From Tubulanus polymorphus (taxonomy: Eukaryota; Animalia; Nemertea), in the NCBI RefSeq assembly GCF_964204645.1, contig NC_134028.1, forward strand, positions 248,001-312,000: DNA of 64,000 nt. The letters are read 5' to 3'. Made by a program: the position numbers and the translations under genes. The notes beneath the pieces were generated by a model. That model ran no database searches. It saw only the letters and a program-made list of their open reading frames with translations, and was not told the origin of the DNA. Each line of letters begins with the position of its first letter. Positions within the stretch are counted from its first letter, which is position 1. Shown in pieces: positions 1 to 11,600 of this stretch.

Positions 1-14
1 CAGTCCGTCTACTC

Positions 15-116
15 GAAATCAGTTCAGTTTACCTTAACCTATCATTTCAGATCGAGTCCATCATCTTCAGGAGCATAAATAGCCAGAAAATTCTTAATCT
101 TTCCACCTATCTATTT
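15..116. repeat. Monomer type A (representative copy)
   Basis: GAAATCAGTTCAGTTTACCTTAACCTATCATTTCAGATCGAGTCCATCATCTTCAGGAGCATAAATAGCCAGAAAATTCTTAATCTTTCCACCTATCTATTT; 102 bp, 11 G and 24 C by hand count. Confidence 0.97.
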
Positions 117-218
117 GAAATCAGTTCAATACGCCTTAGCCCATCTTTTCAGATTGAGTCCATCATCTTCAGAACCAAAGGCAGCCAGAAAATTCTGATT
201 CTTTCCACCTATCTATTT
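117..218. repeat. Monomer type B (representative copy; common sub-variants AGCCCA/GAG/GGC versus AACACA/GAA/AGC)
   Basis: GAAATCAGTTCAATACGCCTTAGCCCATCTTTTCAGATTGAGTCCATCATCTTCAGAACCAAAGGCAGCCAGAAAATTCTGATTCTTTCCACCTATCTATTT; 16 ungapped differences from A. Confidence 0.97.
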
Positions 219-320
219 GAAATCAGTTCAGTTCACCCTAACCCATCAATTAAGATAGAATTCATCATCTTTAGGACCCTATTTTGCAAGAAAAATCTGT
301 ATCTTTCAGTCCATCTACTC
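219..320. repeat. Monomer type C (representative copy; carries an EcoRI GAATTC site and CCCTAACCC)
   Basis: GAAATCAGTTCAGTTCACCCTAACCCATCAATTAAGATAGAATTCATCATCTTTAGGACCCTATTTTGCAAGAAAAATCTGTATCTTTCAGTCCATCTACTC; 24 differences from A and 29 from B, ungapped. Confidence 0.97.
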
Positions 321-524
321 GAAATCAGTTCAGTTTACCTTAACCTATCATTTCAGATCGAGTCCATCATCTTCAGGAGCATAAATAGCCAGAAAATTCT
401 TAATCTTTCCACCTATCCATTTGAAATCAGTTCAGTACACCCTAACCCATCAATTAAGATAGAATTCATCATCTTTAGGACCCTATTTTGCAAGAAAAAT
501 CTGTATCTTTCAGTCCATCTACTC
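321..524. repeat. 204-bp A-C dimer (B-less HOR variant), representative copy
   Basis: A at 321 is followed directly by C at 423 and the next A at 525. Others occur at 2973, 3789, 7053, 7563 and many later positions. Confidence 0.95.
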
Positions 525-2666
525 GAAATCAGTTCAGTTTACCTTAACCTATCATTTCAGATCGAGTCCATCATCTTCAGGAGCATAAATAGCCAGAAAA
601 TTCTTAATCTTTCCACCTATCTATTTGAAATCAGTTCAATACGCCTTAGCCCATCTTTTCAGATTGAGTCCATCATCTTCAGAACCAAAGGCAGCCAGAA
701 AATTCTGATTCTTTCCATCTATCTATTTGAAATCAGTTCAGTTCACCCTAACTCATCAATTAAGATAGAATTCATCATCTTTAGGACCCTATTTTGCAAG
801 AAAAATCTGTATCTTTCAGTCCATCTACTCGAAATCAGTTCAGTTTACCTTAACCTATCATTTCAGATCGAGTCCATCATCTTCAGGAGCATAAATAGCC
901 AGAAAATTCTTAATCTTTCCACCTATCTATTTGAAATCAGTTCAATACGCCTTAGCCCATCTTTTCAGATTGAGTCCATCATCTTCAGAACCAAAGGCAG
1001 CCAGAAAATTCTGATTCTTTCCACCTATCTATTTGAAATCAGTTCAGTTCACCCTAACTCATCAATTAAGATAGAATTCATCATCTTTAGGACCCTATTT
1101 TGCAAGAAAAATCTGTATCTTTCAGTCCATCTACTCGAAATCAGTTCAGTTTACCTTAACCTATCATTTCAGATCGAGTCCATCATCTTCAGGAGCATAA
1201 ATAACCAGAAAATTCTTAATCTTTCCACCTATCTATTTGAAATCAGTTCAATACGCCTTAGCCCATCTTTTCAGATTCAGTCCATCATCTTCAGAACCAA
1301 AGGCAGCCAGAAAATTCTTAATCTTTCCACCTATCTGTTTGAAATCAGTTCAGTTCACCCTAACCCATCAATTTAGATAGAATTCATCATCTTTAGGACC
1401 CTATTTTGCAAGAAAAACCTGTATCTTTCAGTCCATCTGCTCGAAATCAGTTCAGTTTACCTTAACCTATCATTTCAGATCGAGTCCATCATCTTCAGGA
1501 GCATAAATAGCCAGAAAATTCTTAATCTTTCCACCTATCTATTTGAAATCAGTTCAATACGCCTTAACACATCTTTTCAGATTGAATCCATCATCTTCAG
1601 AACCAAAAGCAGCCAGAAAATTCTGATTCTTTCAACCTATCTATTTGAAATCAGTTCAGTACACCCTAACCCATCAATTAAGATAGAACTCATCATCTTT
1701 AGGACCCTATTTTGCAAGAAAAATCTGTATCTTTCAGTCCATCTGCTCGAAATCAGTTCAGTTTACCTTAACCTATCATTTCAGATCGAGTCCATCATCT
1801 TCAGGAGCATAAATAGCCAGAAAATTCTTAATCTTTCCACCTATCTATTTGAAATCAGTTCAATACGCCTTAACACATCTTTTCAGATTGAATCCATCAT
1901 CTTCAGAACCAAAAGCAGCCAGAAAATTCTTAATCTTTCAACCTATCTATTTGAAATCAGTTCAGTACACCCTAACCCATCAATTAAGATAGAATTCATC
2001 ATCTTTAGGACCCTATTTTGCAAGAAAAATCTGTATCTTTCAGTCCATCTACTTGAAATCAGTTCAGTTTACCTTAACCTATCATTTCAGATCGAGTCCA
2101 TCATCTTCAGGAGCATAAATAGCCAGAAAATTCTTAATCTTTCCACCTATCTATTTGAAATCAGTTCAATACGCCTTAGCCCATCTTTTCAGATTGAGTC
2201 CATCATCTTCAGAACCAAAGGCAGCCAGAAAATTCTGATTCTTTCAACCTATCTATTTGAAATCAGTTCAGTTCACCCTAACCCATCAATTAAGATAGAA
2301 TTCATCATCTTTAGGACCCTATTTTGCAAGAAAAATCTGTATCTTTCAGTCCATCTACTCGAAATCAGTTCAGTTTACCTTAACCTATCATTTCAGATCG
2401 AGTCCATCATCTTCAGGAGCATAAATAGCCAGAAAATTCTTAATCTTTCCACCTATCTATTTGAAATCAGTTCAATACGCCTTAACACATCTTTTCAGAT
2501 TGAATCCATCATCTTCAGAACCAAAAGCAGCCAGAAAATTCTTAATCTTTCAACCTATCTATTTGAAATCAGTTCAGTACACCCTAACCCATAAATTAAG
2601 ATAGAATTCATCATCTTTAGGACCCTATTTTGCAAGAAAAATCTGTATCTTTCAGTCCGTCTACTC

Positions 2667-5600
2667 GAAATCAGTTCAGTTTACCTTAACCTATCATTTC
2701 AGATCGAGTCCATCATCTTCAGGAGCATAAATAGCCAGAAAATTCTTAATCTTTCCACCTATCTATTTGAAATCAGTTCAATACGCCTTAGCCCATCTTT
2801 TCAGATTGAGTCCATCATCTTCAGAACCAAAGGCAGCCAGAAAATTCTGATTCTTTCCACCTATCTATTTGAAATCAGTTCAGTTCACCCTAACCCATCA
2901 ATTAAGATAGAATTCATCATCTTTAGGACCCTATTTTGCAAGAAAAATCTGTATCTTTCAGTCCATCTACTCGAAATCAGTTCAGTTTACCTTAACCTAT
3001 CATTTCAGATCGAGTCCATCATCTTCAGGAGCATAAATAGCCAGAAAATTCTTAATCTTTCCACCTATCCATTTGAAATCAGTTCAGTACACCCTAACCC
3101 ATCAATTAAGATAGAATTCATCATCTTTAGGACCCTATTTTGCAAGAAAAATCTGTATCTTTCAGTCCATCTACTCGAAATCAGTTCAGTTTACCTTAAC
3201 CTATCATTTCAGATCGAGTCCATCATCTTCAGGAGCATAAATAGCCAGAAAATTCTTAATCTTTCCACCTATCTATTTGAAATCAGTTCAATACGCCTTA
3301 GCCCATCTTTTCAGATTGAGTCCATCATCTTCAGAACCAAAGGCAGCCAGAAAATTCTGATTCTTTCCATCTATCTATTTGAAATCAGTTCAGTTCACCC
3401 TAACTCATCAATTAAGATAGAATTCATCATCTTTAGGACCCTATTTTGCAAGAAAAATCTGTATCTTTCAGTCCATCTACTCGAAATCAGTTCAGTTTAC
3501 CTTAACCTATCATTTCAGATCGAGTCCATCATCTTCAGGAGCATAAATAGCCAGAAAATTCTTAATCTTTCCACCTATCTATTTGAAATCAGTTCAATAC
3601 GCCTTAGCCCATCTTTTCAAATTGAGTCCATCATCTTCAGAACCAAAGGCAGCCAGAAAATTCTGATTCTTTCCACCTATCTATTTGAAATCAGTTCAGT
3701 TCACCCTAACTCATCAATTAAGATAGAATTCATCATCTTTAGGACCCTATTTTGCAAGAAAAATCTGTATCTTTCAGTCCATCTACTCGAAATCAGTTCA
3801 GTTTACCTTAACCTATCATTTCAGATCGAGTCCATCATCTTCAGGAGCATAAATAACCAGAAAATTCTTAATCTTTCAACCTATCTGTTTGAAATCAGTT
3901 CAGTACACCCTAACCCATCAATTAAGATAGAATTCATCATCTTTAGGACCCTATTTTGCAAGAAAAATCTGTATCTTTCAGTCCATCTACTCGAAATCAG
4001 TTCAGTTTACCTTAACCTATCATTTCAGATCGAGTCCATCATCTTCAGGAGCATAAATAACCAGAAAATTCTTAATCTTTCCACCTATCTATTTGAAATC
4101 AGTTCAATACGCCTTAGCCCATCTTTTCAGATTCAGTCCATCATCTTCAGAACCAAAGGCAGCCAGAAAATTCTTAATCTTTCCACCTATCTGTTTGAAA
4201 TCAGTTCAGTTCACCCTAACCCATCAATTTAGATAGAATTCATCATCTTTAGGACCCTATTTTGCAAGAAAAACCTGTATCTTTCAGTCCATCTGCTCGA
4301 AATCAGTTCAGTTTACCTTAACCTATCATTTCAGATCGAGTCCATCATCTTCAGGAGCATAAATAGCCAGAAAATTCTTAATCTTTCCACCTATCTATTT
4401 GAAATCAGTTCAATACGCCTTAACACATCTTTTCAGATTGAATCCATCATCTTCAGAACCAAAAGCAGCCAGAAAATTCTGATTCTTTCAACCTATCTAT
4501 TTGAAATCAGTTCAGTACACCCTAACCCATCAATTAAGATAGAACTCATCATCTTTAGGACCCTATTTTGCAAGAAAAATCTGTATCTTTCAGTCCATCT
4601 GCTCGAAATCAGTTCAGTTTACCTTAACCTATCATTTCAGATCGAGTCCATCATCTTCAGGAGCATAAATAGCCAGAAAATTCTTAATCTTTCCACCTAT
4701 CTATTTGAAATCAGTTCAATACGCCTTAACACATCTTTTCAGATTGAATCCATCATCTTCAGAACCAAAAGCAGCCAGAAAATTCTTAATCTTTCAACCT
4801 ATCTATTTGAAATCAGTTCAGTACACCCTAACCCATCAATTAAGATAGAATTCATCATCTTTAGGACCCTATTTTGCAAGAAAAATCTGTATCTTTCAGT
4901 CCATCTGCTCGAAATCAGTTCAGTTTACCTTAACCTATCATTTCAGATCGAGTCCATCATCTTCAGGAGCATAAATAGCCAGAAAATTCTTAATCTTTCC
5001 ACCTATCTATTTGAAATCAGTTCAATACGCCTTAACACATCTTTTCAGATTGAATCCATCATCTTCAGAACCAAAAGCAGCCAGAAAATTCTTAATCTTT
5101 CAACCTATCTATTTGAAATCAGTTCAGTACACCCTAACCCATCAATTAAGATAGAATTCATCATCTTTAGGACCCTATTTTGCAAGAAAAATCTGTATCT
5201 TTCAGTCCATCTACTCGAAATCAGTTCAGTTTACCTTAACCTATCATTTCAGATCGAGTCCATCATCTTCAGGAGCATAAATAGCCAGAAAATTCTTAAT
5301 CTTTCCACCTATCTATTTGAAATCAGTTCAATACGCCTTAGCCCATCTTTTCAGATTGAGTCCATCATCTTCAGAACCAAAGGCAGCCAGAAAATTCTGA
5401 TTCTTTCCACCTATCTATTTGAAATCAGTTCAGTTCACCCTAACCCATCAATTAAGGTAGAATTCATCATCTTTAGGACCCTATTTTGCAAGAAACATCT
5501 GTATCTTTCAGTCCATCTACTCGAAATCAGTTCAGTTTACCTTAACCTATCATTTCAGATCGAGTCCATCATCTTCAGGAGCATAAATAGCCAGATAATT

Positions 5601-8600
5601 CTGAATCTTTCCACCTATCTATTTGAAATCAGTTCAATACGCCTTAGCCCATCTTTTCAGATTCAGTCCATCATCTTCAGAACCAAAGGCAGCCAGAAAA
5701 TTCTGATTCTTTCCACCTATCTATTTGAAATCAGTTCAGTTCACCCTAACCCATCAATTAAGTTAGAATTCATCATCTTTAGGACCCTATTTTGCAAGAA
5801 AAATCTGTATCTTTCAGTCCATCTACTCGAAATCAGTTCAGTTTACCTTAACCTATCATTTCAGATCGAGTCCATCATCTTCAAGAGCATAAATAGCCAG
5901 GAAATTCTTAATCTTTCGACCTATCTATTTGAAATCAGTTCAATACGCCTTAACCCATCTTTTCAGATTGAGTCCATCATCTTCAGAACCAAAGGCAGCA
6001 AGAAAATTCTGATTCTTTCAACCTATCTATTTGAAATCAGTTCAGTACACCCTAACCGATCATTTAAGATAGAACTCATCATCTTTAGGACCCTATTTTG
6101 CAAGAAAAATCTGTATCTTTCAGTCCATCTGCTCGAAATCAGTTCAGTTTACCTTAACCTATCATTTCAGATCGAGTCCATCATCTTCAGGAGCATAAAT
6201 AGCCATAAAATTCTTAATCTTTCCACCTATCTATTTGAAATCAGTTCAATACGCCTTAACACATCTTTTCAGATTGAATCCATCATCTTCAGAACCAAAA
6301 GCAGCCAGAAAATTCTTAATCTTTCAACCTATCTATTTGAAATCAGTTCAGTACACCCTAACCCATCAATTAAGATAGAATTCATCATCTTTAGGACCCA
6401 ATTTTGCAAGAAAAATCTGTATCTTTCAGTCCATCTACTCGAAATCAGTTCAGTTTACCTTAACCTATCATTTCAGATCGAGTCCATCATCTTCAGGAGC
6501 ATAAATAGCCAGAAAATTCTTAATCTTTCCACCTATCTATTTGAAATCAGTTCAATACGCCTTAGCCCATCTTTTCAGATTGAGTCCATCATCTTCAGAA
6601 CCAAAGGCAGCCAGAAAATTCTGATTCTTTCCACCTATCTATTTGAAATCAGTTCAGTTCACCCTAACCCATCAATTAAGATAGAATTCATTATCTTTAG
6701 GACCCTATTTTGCAAGAAAAATCTGTATCTTTCAGTCCATCTACTCGAAATCAGTTCAGTTTACCTTAACCTATCATTTCAGATCGAGTCCATCATCTTC
6801 AGGAGCATAAATAGCCAGAAAATTCTTAATCTTTCCACCTATCTATTTGAAATCAGTTCAATACGCCTTAACCCATCTTTTCAGATTGAGTCCATCATCT
6901 TCAGAACCAAAGGCAGCAAGAAAATTCTGATTCTTTCAACCTATCTATTTGAAATCAGTTCAGTACACCCTAACCCATCAATTAAGATAGAATTCATCAT
7001 CTTTAGGACCCTATTTTGCAAGAAAAATCTGTATCTTTCAGTCCATCTACTCGAAATCAGTTCAGTTTACCTTAACCTATCATTTCAGATCGAGGCCATC
7101 ATCTTCAGGAGCATAAATAACCAGAAAATTCTTAATCTTTCAACCTATCTGTTTGAAATCAGTTCAGTACACCCTAACCCATCAATTAAGATAGAATTCA
7201 TCATCTTTAGGACCCTATTTTGCAAGAAAAATCTGTATCTTTCAGTCCATCTACTCGAAATCAGTTCAGTTTACCTTAACCTATCATTTCAGATCGAGTC
7301 CATCATCTTCAGGAGCATAAATAGCCAGAAAATTCTTAATCTTTCCACCTATCTATTTGAAATCAGTTCAATACGCCTTAGCCCATCTTTTCAGATTCAG
7401 TCCATCATCTTCAGAACCAAAGGCAGCCAGAAAATTCTGATTCTTTCCACCTATCTATTTGAAATCAGTTCAGTTCACCCTAACCCATCAATTAAGATAG
7501 AATTCATCATCTTTAGGACCCTATTTTGCAAGAAAAATCTGTATCTTTCAGTCCATCTATTCGAAATCAGTTCAGTTTACCTTAACCTATCATTTCAGAT
7601 CGAGTCCATCATCTTCAGGAGCATAAATAGCCAGAAAATTCGTAATCTTTCCACCTATCTATTTGAAATCAGTTCAGTACACCCTAACCCATCAATTAAG
7701 ATAGAACTCATCATCTTTAGGACCCTATTTTGCAAGAAAAATCTGTATCTTTCAGTCCATCTACTCGAAATCAGTTGAGTCTACCTTAACCTATCATTTC
7801 AGATCGAGTCCATCATCTTCAGGAGCATAAATAGCCAGAAAATTCTTAATCTTTCCACCTATCTATTTGAAATCAGTTCAATACGCCTTAACACATCTTT
7901 TCAGATTGAATCCATCATCTTCAGAACCAAAAGCAGCCAGAAAATTCTGATTCTTTCAACCTATCTATTTGAAATCAGTTCAGTACACCCTAACCCATCA
8001 ATTAAGATAGAATTCATCATCTTTAGGACCCTATTTTGCAAGAAAAATCTGTATCTTTCAGTCCATCTACTCGAAATCAGTTCAGTTTACCTTAACCTAT
8101 CATTTCAGATCGAGTCCATCATCTTCAGGAGCATAAATAGCAAGGAAATTCTTAATCTTTCCACCTATCTATTTGAAATCAGTTCAATACGCCTTAACAC
8201 ATCTTTTCAGATTGAATCCATCATCTTCAGAACCAAAAGCAGCCAGAAAATTCTGATTCTTTCAACCTATCTATTTGAAATCAGTTCAGTACACCCTAAC
8301 CCATCAATTAAGATAGAATTCATCATCTTTAGGACCCTATTTTGCAAGAAAAATCTGTATCTTTCAGTCCATCTACTCGAAATCAGTTCAGTTTACCTTA
8401 ACCTATCATTTCAGATCGAGTCCATCATCTTCAGGAGCATAAATAGCCAGAAAATTCTTAATCTTTCCACCTATCTATTTGAAATCAGTTCAATACGCCT
8501 TAACACATCTTTTCAGATTGAATCCATCATCTTCAGAACCAAAAGCAGCCAGAAAATTCTTAATCTTTCAACCTATCTATTTGAAATCAGTTCAGTACAC

Positions 8601-11600
8601 CCTAACCCATCAATTAAGATAGAATTCATCATCTTTAGGACCCTATTTTGCAAGAAAAATCTGTATCTTTCAGTCCGTCTACTCGAAATCAGTTCAGTTT
8701 ACCTTAACCTATCATTTCAGATCGAGTCCATCATCTTCAGGAGCATAAATAGCCAGAAAATTCTTAATCTTTCCACCTATCTATTTGAAATCAGTTCAAT
8801 ACGCCTTAGCCCATCTTTTCAGATTGAGTCCATCATCTTCAGAACCAAAGGCAGCCAGAAAATTCTGATTCTTTCCACCTATCTATTTGAAATCAGTTCA
8901 GTTCACCCTAACCCATCAATTAAGATAGAATTCATCATCTTTAGGACCCTATTTTGCAAGAAAAATCTGTATCTTTCAGTCCATCTACTCGAAATCAGTT
9001 CAGTTTACCTTAACCTATCATTTCAGATCGAGTCCATCATCTTCAGGAGCATAAATAGCCAGAAAATTCTTAATCTTTCCACCTATCCATTTGTAATCAG
9101 TTCAGTACACCCTAACCCATCAATTAAGATAGAATTCATCATCTTTAGGACCCTATTTTGCAAGAAAAATCTGTATCTTTCAGTCCATCTACTCGAAATC
9201 AGTTCAGTTTACCTTAACCTATCATTTCAGATCGAGTCCATCATCTTCAGGAGCATAAATAGCCAGAAAATTCTTAATCTTTCCACCTATCTATTTGAAA
9301 TCAGTTCAATACGCCTTAGCCCATCTTTTCAGATTGAGTCCATCATCTTCAGAACCAAAGGCAGCCAGAAAATTCTGATTCTTTCCATCTATCTATTTGA
9401 AATCAGTTCAGTTCACCCTAACTCATCAATTAAGATAGAATTCATCATCTTTAGGACCCTATTTTGCAAGAAAAATCTGTATCTTTCAGTCCATCTACTC
9501 GAAATCAGTTCAGTTTACCTTAACCTATCATTTCAGATCGAGTCCATCATCTTCAGGAGCATAAATAGCCAGAAAATTCTTAATCTTTCCACCTATCTAT
9601 TTGAAATCAGTTCAATACGCCTTAGCCCATCTTTTCAGATTGAGTCCATCATCTTCAGAACCAAAGGCAGCCAGAAAATTCTGATTCTTTCCACCTATCT
9701 ATTTGAAATCAGTTCAGTTCACCCTAACTCATCAATTAAGATAGAATTCATCATCTTTAGGACCCTATTTTGCAAGAAAAATCTGTATCTTTCAGTCCAT
9801 CTACTCGAAATCAGTTCAGTTTACCTTAACCTATCATTTCAGATCGAGTCCATCATCTTCAGGAGCATAAATAACCAGAAAATTCTTAATCTTTCAACCT
9901 ATCTGTTTGAAATCAGTTCAGTACACCCTAACCCATCAATTAAGATAGAATTCATCATCTTTAGGACCCTATTTTGCAAGAAAAATCTGTATCTTTCAGT
10001 CCATCTACTCGAAATCAGTTCAGTTTACCTTAACCTATCATTTCAGATCGAGTCCATCATCTTCAGGAGCATAAATAACCAGAAAATTCTTAATCTTTCC
10101 ACCTATCTATTTGAAATCAGTTCAATACGCCTTAGCCCATCTTTTCAGATTCAGTCCATCATCTTCAGAACCAAAGGCAGCCAGAAAATTCTTAATCTTT
10201 CCACCTATCTGTTTGAAATCAGTTCAGTTCACCCTAACCCATCAATTTAGATAGAATTCATCATCTTTAGGACCCTATTTTGCAAGAAAAACCTGTATCT
10301 TTCAGTCCATCTGCTCGAAATCAGTTCAGTTTACCTTAACCTATCATTTCAGATCGAGTCCATCATCTTCAGGAGCATAAATAGCCAGAAAATTCTTAAT
10401 CTTTCCACCTATCTATTTGAAATCAGTTCAATACGCCTTAACACATCTTTTCAGATTGAATCCATCATCTTCAGAACCAAAAGCAGCCAGAAAATTCTGA
10501 TTCTTTCAACCTATCTATTTGAAATCAGTTCAGTACACCCTAACCCATCAATTAAGATAGAACTCATCATCTTTAGGACCCTATTTTGCAAGAAAAATCT
10601 GTATCTTTCAGTCCATCTGCTCGAAATCAGTTCAGTTTACCTTAACCTATCATTTCAGATCGAGTCCATCATCTTCAGGAGCATAAATAGCCAGAAAATT
10701 CTTAATCTTTCCACCTATCTATTTGAAATCAGTTCAATACGCCTTAACACATCTTTTCAGATTGAATCCATCATCTTCAGAACCAAAAGCAGCCAGAAAA
10801 TTCTTAATCTTTCAACCTATCTATTTGAAATCAGTTCAGTACACCCTAACCCATCAATTAAGATAGAATTCATCATCTTTAGGACCCTATTTTGCAAGAA
10901 AAATCTGTATCTTTCAGTCCATCTGCTCGAAATCAGTTCAGTTTACCTTAACCTATCATTTCAGATCGAGTCCATCATCTTCAGGAGCATAAATAGCCAG
11001 AAAATTCTTAATCTTTCCACCTATCTATTTGAAATCAGTTCAATACGCCTTAACACATCTTTTCAGATTGAATCCATCATCTTCAGAACCAAAAGCAGCC
11101 AGAAAATTCTTAATCTTTCAACCTATCTATTTGAAATCAGTTCAGTACACCCTAACCCATCAATTAAGATAGAATTCATCATCTTTAGGACCCTATTTTG
11201 CAAGAAAAATCTGTATCTTTCAGTCCATCTACTCGAAATCAGTTCAGTTTACCTTAACCTATCATTTCAGATCGAGTCCATCATCTTCAGGAGCATAAAT
11301 AGCCAGAAAATTCTTAATCTTTCCACCTATCTATTTGAAATCAGTTCCATACGCCTTAGCCCATCTTTTCAGATTGAGTCCATCATCTTCAGAACCAAAG
11401 GCAGCCAGAAAATTCTGATTCTTTCCACCTATCTATTTGAAATCAGTTCAGTTCACCCTAACCCATCAATTAAGGTAGAATTCATCATCTTTAGGACCCT
11501 ATTTTGCAAGAAAAATCTGTATCTTTCAGTCCATCTACTCGAAATCAGTTCAGTTTACCTTAACCTATCATGTCAGATCGAGTCCATCATCTTCAGGAGC

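Noticed and set aside
186-226. Hairpins or dyads (CAGAA-AA-TTCTG; CTGATT...AATCAG) as terminator or structured RNA
   Set aside because: Stems of 5-6 bp are expected by chance in AT-rich DNA and are broken in common variants (CTTAAT).
15-320. TALE or TPR repeat gene (102 bp = 34 aa)
   Set aside because: Only the length matches. The translation lacks the TALE consensus (LTPEQVVAIAS..GGKQAL) and the small-residue Ala/Gly pattern of TPRs.
15-320. Minus-strand protein under a reassigned genetic code (K*IGGKIKNFLAIYAPEDDGLDLK**VKVN*TDF)
   Set aside because: It looks protein-like but needs both TAG and TGA read through 2-5 times per monomer. Nothing in the window supports such a code, and the other minus frames of A are also closed.
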